64,000 bases of DNA from a virus. Position numbers and translations under genes: made by a program. The notes below the pieces were generated by a model. The model ran no database searches and was not told the DNA's origin. It worked only from the letters and a program-made list of their open reading frames with translations. The stretch is from positions 32,001 to 96,000 of the IMG/VR virus record IMGVR_UViG_3300027861_002706; one strand, written 5' to 3'. Shown here in pieces: positions 20,287-29,594 of this stretch; the first letter of the stretch is position 1, and each line of letters starts with the position of its first letter.

Positions 20287-22388
20287 TAGTCTGTCACAAT
20301 TCCAGCAGTGTTCCCACCTGCGCTAGAAGAAGGAGCACTAGAGGCAGTCTGGGAAATGATTCGGGTAGTTTGAAGCGGGGCTGTCACTGGGATAACTCGA
20401 GTAGACTTTTCTCTAACAGTCACGAGCAAGTCCGTGTTCGCACCTATGCCGCTTTTGAGCTGATCTGGATCTACTCCAATGTAGTTGAGCTCTGAGCCGT
20501 CAATAATGTTAGAGTAGTTATAGGCGTATGCTTCGTTGCTGCTTAGTGGAGTTATAAACCCAGAGTTCTGTTGAGCCCAATATCCATACGTAAAGTCGTA
20601 GTTCGTTGGAAGAGATGTTCTACCGATCGCTTCATTCTTGTCTGTTTGCCATACACTTCTATCTGCTACTGCAAGGCCCCACTGTATTTTGAACTTGGCA
20701 GATAGGTTATCTGCATAGGTGTTTATCTTAGTGCCAAAGTAATTGTTGTGCTGGTTGACATACTGGCCGTAGAAGCCTTCATCTTGAAGTGCTTCTATAT
20801 TACAGTTAGCCCATTTAATAGGCAATCCAGTCACTTCATTCCCACCATTGTCTAAGTAGTATCTATCACTAGCAGTAGTGGGAGGCATCTTCTGCAGATA
20901 GTCTATTGGAGATCCGGTATCAACAGTAGATCCTGTTGTTACGGAGAATAGAAGTGTGTTATTTATCGCCATATTTGTTATAAAATCAGCAGCATCTTTA
21001 AATGTTTTTCCTTTTTTAGCTAGAGACTCTGCATATGAATATGATATGAATACAGGGTTTTCTAGTAGAGAGTTATTTTTAAAGTGTATCTTGTCTTTTG
21101 TAGAGTACCAATTATTCTTATTTGGTATTTCATTACCTACAGGGGATTCTACTCTTATAACAGCCGAGGTAGGTGTCTTTTTTAATTCAATAGTCCAATC
21201 AAATGGATCTATCTTGTGCCGCTCGTGTTTTACATAGAACAAATTACAAAAGATCTGTAACTTGTCGGAAGATATAGCTATGTTAGCTATGCTGTTTGGA
21301 TGATCTTTGGCAAAGTTTGCGTGCGGAATCAAAGTTAACGCCGCATCATCAAAGACAATATCCAGCTCCCTTATCACAGAGTTGAGTAATGGGAGATAGT
21401 TTGTACCTCCCCTATGCTTATAAACATCGAAAAGTCTACGCTTGTAATTTATATTGTCTTCTTTTGGTATTCTTTCTAGTCCCAGCAAGTAGCCAAATTT
21501 ATCGAATACATTATAAAATTGATGATATCTTTGTTCGGACGTGTTTATATCTATATGTATTATTTTATATCTGGAATAGGTTCCTTTCTTATCTATTGCT
21601 CTGACTAATAGCTTTTCTTTTATGTTATGGATTGGTACTTCCGCGGACCATGCGGTAGAACTAAGTATAGTCGTATTTCTAGTGGACCCATTTATCTCTA
21701 TACTAGAGATATCTGGAGCTTTGCTACCAGCGATCGTAGTTGTTATACCATTGACCTTTTGATCGTATCTATCTATGCTCCATGAATAATCGAATATGAT
21801 TGTCTTTGGTTCAAAGAACTGTACCTGAGAAGGGAATCCTCTAGATCCATTCTCCGCTACAGGTATGACTCGCCATAGATATTTATGATATTCGGCATTA
21901 ACTAGTTCAATCATATCTATAAGATCTATAGTATATGAGAGCTTTTGCTTTAGTGGCGTTTCGTAGTCTATATCAGATACAACGTTAGATCCTACAACGA
22001 GATTAGTAAACTGCTTCAAGAGAGGATTCGACTTGACCTGCTGGTCAAGTATAAATGGCTCAAAGTTATCATCTAAATTTTCTTTGCCGAGATCTGGAGT
22101 TATCTCAAGTATATAACTAGATGGCATTTCTGCCTCGATAGGAACACCTTCATATCCAGTAAGATCAACTGCTCCAGTGTAGACAACTCCAGTAGTAGTC
22201 TCTATCATATCGGCAAATGAACTTTGCCAGTAATATGTTAAGTCGCTATAGGATCTTGTTGCTGAGTTATAGTCGGCTGGAACTTCTGGTCTAGGTAGCA
22301 CTTGGCTACCAACGCCAACATTGATGGCACCGAAAGGCTGAGTGAATCCGTCAAAAGGGGCTCCTTCTGGTACTCCGGTATGTGCCAT
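20286..22388 (-). CDS. Baseplate wedge protein (P2 gpI / T4 gp7-like motif) with N-terminal FN3/Ig-like domains (700 aa)
   Basis: FDKFGYLLGLERIPKEDNINYKRRL is the typical LD..G...G..R...E.D..YR.RL wedge motif. YLWRVIPVAENG is FN3-like. Confidence 0.6.
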   Translation of the reverse strand: MAHTGVPEGAPFDGFTQPFGAINVGVGSQVLPRPEVPADYNSATRSYSDLTYYWQSSFADMIETTTGVVYTGAVDLTGYEGVPIEAEMPSSYILEITPDLGKENLDDNFEPFILDQQVKSNPLLKQFTNLVVGSNVVSDIDYETPLKQKLSYTIDLIDMIELVNAEYHKYLWRVIPVAENGSRGFPSQVQFFEPKTIIFDYSWSIDRYDQKVNGITTTIAGSKAPDISSIEINGSTRNTTILSSTAWSAEVPIHNIKEKLLVRAIDKKGTYSRYKIIHIDINTSEQRYHQFYNVFDKFGYLLGLERIPKEDNINYKRRLFDVYKHRGGTNYLPLLNSVIRELDIVFDDAALTLIPHANFAKDHPNSIANIAISSDKLQIFCNLFYVKHERHKIDPFDWTIELKKTPTSAVIRVESPVGNEIPNKNNWYSTKDKIHFKNNSLLENPVFISYSYAESLAKKGKTFKDAADFITNMAINNTLLFSVTTGSTVDTGSPIDYLQKMPPTTASDRYYLDNGGNEVTGLPIKWANCNIEALQDEGFYGQYVNQHNNYFGTKINTYADNLSAKFKIQWGLAVADRSVWQTDKNEAIGRTSLPTNYDFTYGYWAQQNSGFITPLSSNEAYAYNYSNIIDGSELNYIGVDPDQLKSGIGANTDLLVTVREKSTRVIPVTAPLQTTRIISQTASSAPSSSAGGNTAGIVTD

Positions 22389-22389
22389 C

Positions 22390-24516
22390 CTAAACCTCTA
22401 TTTTAATACGGACCCAGGTGTCTGTACTAGGTACTTCGATAACAGCTGTTTTTCTATCTATGGGGGAGATAGCACCAGTGGTTATCTGAGTCACAGCTCC
22501 AGGGCCATCGGCACTAGTACCGGCTGTATGGATAGTTACCTTGTAGTCCTGAGCTCTAAAGTCTCCGCCTAAATTATGATATATAGTAGGAGTAGTCGAG
22601 GCAAACTTCCTCCACGTAGAGTCATACTTACCGGCTGGCCTATAGGTAGTGAGTTGATCAAAAGTACTGCCGCCGTTATGCTCCGCTTCTGCAACTAGAA
22701 TACTTTGGTCACTAGGAACTCCATAGTCGGATCCATACCATACTCCGTCAGATTCTAGTCCCGCAGATGCAACACTGTTCTCATTGGCTAGAGATAAGTA
22801 CTTAGTACCAGCATCAGCCGAATTGACAGAAGCAGTATCGGCATTAACATTAGACTTTACTATACCTCTGACATCGGCTACTACTGGGTTAGTAGTGCTA
22901 GCAGTAATATCAAAATCATTGCCATTGAGTGCGACAAAATCAGGATTACAGAAATATGGGTTATATATCCTATAGGACATACCAGATGCAGGCAGGGAGC
23001 TGAGTGTCCTTGACAACTGCCAGCTAGTAGTCGCACTGTTGTATGCAGCTATGGGAATCTTTTCTCCTGCGCTTGGCCCACTGCGGATATCAAATATCCA
23101 TGTGCCATCGTTGAATCTATCTGTATAGTATAGGCCACCTCCGGCAATATTAACGAGTAAAGCGTTACTGGATATCGTAGTATCTACGACTAGATCACCT
23201 GTAGTAGAGTCTTGAGTGGCAGTGCTAGCCGCCCCTCCGGTTAAAGTTCCATCCTCTGCCATTTGACCAATAGAACATATATTGACAGTATCGCCGCACC
23301 AGTCAGGTCCAGCAGGACGCATATACTTATGCCTATTGGCAATGTATGATGGATCTAATCCATCTACCAAGGAGGGGGTTGTTCCGCCATGGTTATTCAA
23401 AATAATATCTCTATTAATAGTTACATCATGCTCAGTAGTACTACCAACCTGATCTATTCTACCGCTAACTGTTAAATCTCCAGCGATATAAACTTTATCC
23501 GCAGATCCGTTGCCGAGATATGCATCACCGTTTACTTGAAGATCTTCTTGGAAGGTATTCACTTGAATTTCAGCTTGCGAATTTATGACAGTATGACCAC
23601 CTAAAGTGAATAAGTTACCTGCGATATAGGTATTACCATAAACCCTCAAAGCGTCATGGACTCCTTGATCCCTACCGGAATCATCAAGGAACAAAGCAGA
23701 GGTTACTGCCGCATCGGTAATTCCGGTAGATCTTGTAGTGCCCGTAGGAGACATACTTACGAGACCTATCATATTAAGGATATCGCCAGTATGGTCTGTT
23801 ATAGTGCCAGTCATAGGGTCAAGAGCACTACCACCCTCGAATGAGCCACAGTATACCTTGAACTCATTCGCGTTAATCTCAACTACATCATTAGAATTCC
23901 CTAAAGTGATAGTATGGCCTGGCTGCCCATCTAGAGATTTAAAAGAGATGTCTTCAGCTAATCCCTGAACATGTATTCTCTTGGGAAGTTTACTATCGAT
24001 CTTAGCATTTGTGCTCTTGACTAGTACCTCTGCGGATCTTACACCTTCATTCTTTGTAGATCCTGCGCCCGCCCATATCTCTAGCTTATGCAATACATCT
24101 TGCATCTGACTTAGATATTCACCATAGTATTTATCAGGATCAGCAAGATAAGTTAGAGTAAAGTCGCTAGCAGGGAGAGCACTAAAATACACTACCCCAT
24201 GATTATAATCAGTGAGCCCCGTATCGAGTGTACCAAAGGTAGATTCTACTGTGCTTCCTAGTCGAGGCTTATGGTTCATATACAGAGCGTTATTGTTAGA
24301 TACATCTATGTCGCCGGTTAGATGCTTCTCGTCGCTAACAGATACAGAAACTTGCTGATCGTCTGTCTTATTGACAAAGACATCATAATATGTAGGCCAG
24401 AGTATGTTTGGCGCAGCAGGATGATATGGATTATTCTGTACTAGCCTATTCAGGCTAGTATTGATAAAAGAAGTGTTCTTATCAGGCGAACTATCTGAAT
24501 GAGTTGTATATGCCAT
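22390..24516 (-). CDS. Tail fibre-like protein (708 aa)
   Basis: Triple-beta-helix-like repeats ALRVYGNTYIAGNL and DLQVNGDAYLG...IAGDLTVSGRI. Thr/Ser/Gly-rich. Located downstream of the wedge genes. Confidence 0.5.
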   Translation of the reverse strand: MAYTTHSDSSPDKNTSFINTSLNRLVQNNPYHPAAPNILWPTYYDVFVNKTDDQQVSVSVSDEKHLTGDIDVSNNNALYMNHKPRLGSTVESTFGTLDTGLTDYNHGVVYFSALPASDFTLTYLADPDKYYGEYLSQMQDVLHKLEIWAGAGSTKNEGVRSAEVLVKSTNAKIDSKLPKRIHVQGLAEDISFKSLDGQPGHTITLGNSNDVVEINANEFKVYCGSFEGGSALDPMTGTITDHTGDILNMIGLVSMSPTGTTRSTGITDAAVTSALFLDDSGRDQGVHDALRVYGNTYIAGNLFTLGGHTVINSQAEIQVNTFQEDLQVNGDAYLGNGSADKVYIAGDLTVSGRIDQVGSTTEHDVTINRDIILNNHGGTTPSLVDGLDPSYIANRHKYMRPAGPDWCGDTVNICSIGQMAEDGTLTGGAASTATQDSTTGDLVVDTTISSNALLVNIAGGGLYYTDRFNDGTWIFDIRSGPSAGEKIPIAAYNSATTSWQLSRTLSSLPASGMSYRIYNPYFCNPDFVALNGNDFDITASTTNPVVADVRGIVKSNVNADTASVNSADAGTKYLSLANENSVASAGLESDGVWYGSDYGVPSDQSILVAEAEHNGGSTFDQLTTYRPAGKYDSTWRKFASTTPTIYHNLGGDFRAQDYKVTIHTAGTSADGPGAVTQITTGAISPIDRKTAVIEVPSTDTWVRIKIEV

Positions 24517-24523
24517 TTTTATC

Positions 24524-26347
24524 CTATGTCACGCAAATTTGATCGTATTTCTCTCTGGTAAAGAACTGCCCGTCGTCAGCATCTATGTAGTAGTCATACG
24601 CAAAATCGGTTTCATACTTAATTACTCCGTCATTTGTTTCTACGACAAACTTAGATCTGCTTCCATCGACTTTGCCCATCTGGCTGAACAAAACGCTCCC
24701 TGTCTCAACTCCGGTATTGAATAAGCTAGCAGTTGCATCTGGAACCTTAAAGTCTTGAATACACTCAAGATAGGTTCCCTGAAATCCCCTTTTCGAGGAT
24801 ATAAACTTAAATGTATAGTATACTCTAGCACCTAGAGACTCTCTACAAAAAGCTACTAAATAGTCATGATCAATGGTGAGGGCTCGTATCGCTAAAGTAT
24901 AAGTCTCTGATCCAGAATTCATGTGATCTTTTATAACAGTATACTTATTTGTATTGTCTCCGAAATAGTCTCTTTCAGCTATCGCAAAAGATCCATAGTC
25001 ATCATTGAATTGCAGAGAGCTCTTTTTTATCTTAGAGGAGTCATGCGGGTCAATACTCCATTTCATAGTAGAAGATGCTCTCTCATACTGATTTGTAGCC
25101 AGACCCATAGTATTCACAGATATGGCCGACTCTGTTGAGGGGGCTACGCTTCGCAATCTAGTTGGTATCGCATCATTGTAAAATGTATTTTCATCAGTAA
25201 CTTTGAAGATCCTAGTTTTAGGCCGTATATTATAGTATGAAGTATTTGAGTTTAAGACGACTGAAGTCTGAGTATAGTCAGAAGTATTATTGGAGTATAC
25301 ATTATATGTTTCATCAGAATAAACCATAGACAGTTTTGCCCAGGGTACTGTTTCTCCATCTCTTCTTGTCCATCTCGTTGGTATTTTTCCTATTTCTAAT
25401 TGAAAGCAATCGATATAAAATGAATAGTCGCTAGTATTATACCTATAGTCAGATTTAATATTGCATTTTATATAAGCAGAAGGTTTAGCCAAAGATATAG
25501 TAGTATGCACCTTTTCCCAATAAGCGATCTGACCGGTTGAGTTATCTGAGAGTATCCCTTCTTCCGTGGTGGAGGTAGGTATATCAACATATGATTGCCC
25601 AATTGATCCATCCACATACAGTACGTCAAGTTGTAGTTGATTGCTATCAATTATATTTGTATCTATTCTACCAGAATGGTTTGGGACCATGACCATTGCG
25701 GATAGCACTAGGTCTTGACCTTTAGGCATGCTTATAGCATACGACTGATACGCTGATGCGTACTCTCCAGATTCAACAGAAATAGCTAATGCGTTACCGG
25801 CGCTTAAACTATATTCGGAGTCTGCTTTGACTATAGCTCCAGTAGATTTATCTATTGCCCATCGACATGGTGTGTCTGGTATGGCTCTTCCTGGTATCGA
25901 GAGGTCAGAGTTGTATATAACATTCGGACTTACTTGTTCAGCTAGATCCTGACCTACCTTGGGATAGTCTTGTATAAACCCGGAATAAGCTAAATCAGAT
26001 TCTACAGTATCTAGGTATTTATTTTTCTTCCCGGCAAAATGTTGTTCGGATAAATACTCAGCGCTCATAGCAAAGCCATTTATAAGTTGCTGGTAATTAC
26101 TCGTATCGTTAAATCTACCTGCGTGCCAAAATGGTAAATCGTTACAGATCATTTGAGTATGGTCGGACCAATGTCCTGCTAGTTTATTAAATGAATTGCC
26201 AGTAGACGCATCAAAACTATAGCTTATATCTAATTCATTGGTCTGGACAGGTACCGGCAGATAGCTATACCTTAAAGTGAGCTCATTATACTCTACTCTG
26301 TTGTAGGCATACGTAACCTTTAGGGTTTTATAATCTGAATCTGCCAT
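24524..26347 (-). CDS. Structural protein with a carbohydrate-binding (galactose-binding-like) domain (607 aa)
   Basis: NVIYNSDLS...FYIDCFQLEIGKIPTRW matches the N..F...QLE.G..PT.W pattern of phage CBM-like domains. Confidence 0.5.
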   Translation of the reverse strand: MADSDYKTLKVTYAYNRVEYNELTLRYSYLPVPVQTNELDISYSFDASTGNSFNKLAGHWSDHTQMICNDLPFWHAGRFNDTSNYQQLINGFAMSAEYLSEQHFAGKKNKYLDTVESDLAYSGFIQDYPKVGQDLAEQVSPNVIYNSDLSIPGRAIPDTPCRWAIDKSTGAIVKADSEYSLSAGNALAISVESGEYASAYQSYAISMPKGQDLVLSAMVMVPNHSGRIDTNIIDSNQLQLDVLYVDGSIGQSYVDIPTSTTEEGILSDNSTGQIAYWEKVHTTISLAKPSAYIKCNIKSDYRYNTSDYSFYIDCFQLEIGKIPTRWTRRDGETVPWAKLSMVYSDETYNVYSNNTSDYTQTSVVLNSNTSYYNIRPKTRIFKVTDENTFYNDAIPTRLRSVAPSTESAISVNTMGLATNQYERASSTMKWSIDPHDSSKIKKSSLQFNDDYGSFAIAERDYFGDNTNKYTVIKDHMNSGSETYTLAIRALTIDHDYLVAFCRESLGARVYYTFKFISSKRGFQGTYLECIQDFKVPDATASLFNTGVETGSVLFSQMGKVDGSRSKFVVETNDGVIKYETDFAYDYYIDADDGQFFTREKYDQICVT

Positions 26348-26351
26348 TCAA

Positions 26352-26828
26352 CTAGACTTCCCCAATGATGCCTATTGTAGTAGACGCGCCAACCTCTGAA
26401 GGAAGGTTAGCTGGAATAGATTGCTTGATCCAAATATGAAAATCGCCCCCAATACCAAGGCTGGCTGTGACTTCAACTGCATTTGCAAGTCCGATAGGTT
26501 CAACAAAGGTTGCGCCACTGGGCAAAGTTGTTGGCGTGCTGATTAAGTTAGATCCATCTAGAGCTATTTGAATCTGTCCAGGGTGTTTGACATTGTTTAG
26601 AAATATTTTTACGTTTTTGATTGGAGTACCCGACGTGTTCTCTACCCAAATCTTTTGATACCTTACCCGAGCATCTTGACCAATATAATCGCTAACTCCT
26701 TCTGGAAAAACATCACTAAGTGTAGCTCCTATTAGCGTACTTGTTGCTGCACCACCAACGGTATTATTGTCTGGAGGACTACTTATATTCCAACTCGCAG
26801 ACTGGTAAAAAGTTACATCAAGTGCCAT
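26352..26828 (-). CDS. Small beta-sandwich baseplate-associated protein (158 aa)
   Basis: GGAATSTLI...DVFP...RYQKIWVENTSG pattern seen in phage structural proteins. TAATG-coupled to the baseplate-J-like gene. Confidence 0.45.
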   Translation of the reverse strand: MALDVTFYQSASWNISSPPDNNTVGGAATSTLIGATLSDVFPEGVSDYIGQDARVRYQKIWVENTSGTPIKNVKIFLNNVKHPGQIQIALDGSNLISTPTTLPSGATFVEPIGLANAVEVTASLGIGGDFHIWIKQSIPANLPSEVGASTTIGIIGEV

Positions 26829-27967
26829 TATTGCCTCACCATTATCGGGTTAATCTCATCTTCGTCAGGAACGAAGAGCTCGTCCTCTTCTAGTCTTAGA
26901 TCTCTTATCGCCTGAACTCTCTTATTTATACAGAGAAATACAACTTCTGCACTTGAGATCGAACTATCTGCGCTAAGAACTGCCGATACAATCCGGCTCA
27001 TGCTAAGATCATCTCCTGGTCGCATGGCGCCTATTGCCGCCTCCACCTTGAACTCAGCCTGCCTAATGATAGTTTCTTTCAATGAATCATTAACTCGATT
27101 TGAAAAAGATATTTTAACTTCTATTTTTACTGGTATATAATCATATTCTCTTATATTAAAAGATATACCAAATCCTGTTGAACTTGCTAAGCTCTCGCGG
27201 ACCATAGCTAATGTTGATTGAGATACTCTATTGCCTGTGGGGAGTAGATATACATCATAGGACCCTGATCCTGAGACGCCTAACCTTAAGTCTACGCTGG
27301 CAACATCTTGAAACCTCATTAAGCCAGATATAATATTAGAAGAATTTGCACCTTCTGATGCAACTGCGGCATTCGATATTCGAGATCTAAACGAGCTATC
27401 TAACTCTCTCCCCTTGGAATAGTTTATTGCATTAGTGTTAGTTACATAAACATCAGGATTGCCTAAATCATGGACTGTAAATTCTCCGGGTCCAATGTTA
27501 AGCAGCCCATCACTAGATGTAGATACTGAAACAAATACGAATGTATCTGTATCATTAAAAGAAGTTGAGTTTGATGTTGTTAGGGAGGTTCCATCATCGA
27601 ACCGAGATATCTTTATTCCGGCAGGTATCACATTGCTGCCTAGCACGCGCTTTAATGTATTTACTCCAGTTACATAAAACTTTATAAGCTTATCACCAGC
27701 CGTCGCTTTAAAATTGCTTAAGTCTAATCTTGATACTCCAAAAATAGATCCGATGAGATCAAGGTAGTAACCAGAAGCTGTATCCAGATACGCCATACTG
27801 GAAGAGTCTGCTATCTCTCCAGATAATCTAGCCATCTGAGTATTCATAATATCAGTTATACTTCTTACGGAGCTTCCTACACCTAGGTTAGTGAACGGTG
27901 TATTCAATGCGATAAATCTTAAACTCTCGTCTTGAAATTGACTAAATGACTTTCTCTTTTTAGGCAT
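26828..27967 (-). CDS. Baseplate wedge protein, gpJ/gp6-like (379 aa)
   Basis: YLDTASGYYLDLIGSIFGVSR, GRELDSSFRSRI and GSYDVYL, plus C-terminal GDDLSMSRI. Directly follows the gp25-like gene. Confidence 0.9.
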   Translation of the reverse strand: MPKKRKSFSQFQDESLRFIALNTPFTNLGVGSSVRSITDIMNTQMARLSGEIADSSSMAYLDTASGYYLDLIGSIFGVSRLDLSNFKATAGDKLIKFYVTGVNTLKRVLGSNVIPAGIKISRFDDGTSLTTSNSTSFNDTDTFVFVSVSTSSDGLLNIGPGEFTVHDLGNPDVYVTNTNAINYSKGRELDSSFRSRISNAAVASEGANSSNIISGLMRFQDVASVDLRLGVSGSGSYDVYLLPTGNRVSQSTLAMVRESLASSTGFGISFNIREYDYIPVKIEVKISFSNRVNDSLKETIIRQAEFKVEAAIGAMRPGDDLSMSRIVSAVLSADSSISSAEVVFLCINKRVQAIRDLRLEEDELFVPDEDEINPIMVRQ

Positions 27968-28395
27968 TATGCTACTGCTTCCAGTGTGCCATTATTAAAG
28001 TCATACTTGTATGCTAGAATTATATCTTCCGAACTAATACTTGTAATAAGCTCCATTATGGGCTCCTTGATCTTAAGTATTATAGCAATCTCATGATTAC
28101 CAACAGAGACTACTTCTAGGCTATGGTTAGACCAGTTAAGAATCCCTTGATCATTTAAACGTTGACTGATATGGAGTTTTATCATATTTCTTGTATGTCC
28201 GTCATTGGGTCTCCCAATAAAACGATCTGGACTTGCTCCAAAGTTTTTATGCGGATTATAGTCAGAGTATTCTGTCAGTAAGCAAAAATTAATAGCTCTT
28301 ACGAGCGACACCGCCGAACTAGACCCCTGTAGATCGCCCGCAAATACGGACAGATCTCCATCTACTGTAGTATGTATGTCTGTCTCTGCGTACAT
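27967..28395 (-). CDS. Sheath initiator / gp25-like baseplate protein (142 aa)
   Basis: DGDL...LVRAINFCLLTEYSDY..H.NFGAS...FIGRPN fits the gp25/gp46 family. Canonical position before gpJ. Confidence 0.75.
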   Translation of the reverse strand: MYAETDIHTTVDGDLSVFAGDLQGSSSAVSLVRAINFCLLTEYSDYNPHKNFGASPDRFIGRPNDGHTRNMIKLHISQRLNDQGILNWSNHSLEVVSVGNHEIAIILKIKEPIMELITSISSEDIILAYKYDFNNGTLEAVA

Positions 28396-28401
28396 TTGAT
28401 C

Positions 28402-28836
28402 CTACTCCGGTAGAAACGAATCGTAATCGATCACTTCGTAAATATACTTAATTTCCCTCTTGTATTCATCTCTATCTAGCTCCTCTAAACCTTTTATTAT
28501 CTCAGATCCTAGTGTTAATAGAAACAAGAATTCGCTGTTATCTGGCCCTAATATAGAAAAGGGGGTTAATGGAGTAGAGGGGATCTCTGATGCCCTATTA
28601 TCTATGGCATTTCCACCAAGTATAGTATTTTCTGGAGCTGCTTCACTTCTAAGAGTATCTGAATCTAGTTCAATTTCGTCCCTATTGGCAGTGATTCCAC
28701 CTGCTCCTTCATCTAGCCCAGGAGTGATCTTGACTTCCCCTCTATGGGGATTCCATGTTATCGGGCCAAGATTGATGTCACCATTATTCAGAAACACCTT
28801 AGGAACTTGTATTCTCTCGGGATCTAGAGTAGACAT
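28402..28836 (-). CDS. Small baseplate protein (144 aa), possible spike-associated subunit
   Basis: SD GAGGA. Short beta-strand-rich N-terminal half. Sits between hub and gp25-like genes. Function is inferred from position only. Confidence 0.35.
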   Translation of the reverse strand: MSTLDPERIQVPKVFLNNGDINLGPITWNPHRGEVKITPGLDEGAGGITANRDEIELDSDTLRSEAAPENTILGGNAIDNRASEIPSTPLTPFSILGPDNSEFLFLLTLGSEIIKGLEELDRDEYKREIKYIYEVIDYDSFLPE

Positions 28837-28847
28837 TTATTCCTCTT

Positions 28848-29585
28848 TTAACTACTTCGATTATTCATTGCTGGTCTTTTAACTACTTGGATAACACCTT
28901 TATCACATCCATCGTTCAATATTGCTTGCATACCATTTTGTAAATTTTTTCCTAAGGAGTTACTATTGCTGACATCTGCCGACTTAATTTGCTCAGATAC
29001 TCCGATAGGAACTATACTCGTATGTCTAATATCTCCTGGATTTTTCCATGATATATCTAGTATAGTTATATGTGAAACATCGCTAGGTGCTCCAGTTCTT
29101 GCATTAGAAATCTCTAATTTGATAATAGGACTGTTTATAGGATTAGTAAAATCTATGTGGACATCACCAAAATAGCCCTTAGGCATTTTCCTTGTATAAG
29201 CACTAGCCCAATTAGCTATATATAAACCAATAGCCCGATCAGTAGTCTCGTCAGAAGTTTCAATAGCATCTATCTCTGTCTGAGTGAGGAAGCCAGACTT
29301 AACGTCTGACTTTAAAAATTCTATCTGATCGTTGATGCTACCCGATAGGCTATTTAGTTTATCCATTACCTTATTATATCGAGATCGCTCCATTATGACC
29401 ACATACTGTTGTGTTCCAGTAGTTATCTCGCCTTTTATATTAATGATATCTCCTATTACGGGAGTACTTGTATCAAGATAAGGACCCCTGTAAACAATAG
29501 CGTGCTCTATAAAGCTGCTATTATGCATACTGGGGTGATTTTTGGCATACTCAACTAGTTTGTTGCCCGGTGTACTTCTCGCCAT
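28848..29585 (-). CDS. Hypothetical baseplate protein (245 aa), candidate spike component
   Basis: ORF immediately after the hub gene. No motif recognised with confidence. Confidence 0.3.
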   Translation of the reverse strand: MARSTPGNKLVEYAKNHPSMHNSSFIEHAIVYRGPYLDTSTPVIGDIINIKGEITTGTQQYVVIMERSRYNKVMDKLNSLSGSINDQIEFLKSDVKSGFLTQTEIDAIETSDETTDRAIGLYIANWASAYTRKMPKGYFGDVHIDFTNPINSPIIKLEISNARTGAPSDVSHITILDISWKNPGDIRHTSIVPIGVSEQIKSADVSNSNSLGKNLQNGMQAILNDGCDKGVIQVVKRPAMNNRSS

Positions 29586-29594
29586 CAGATTCGC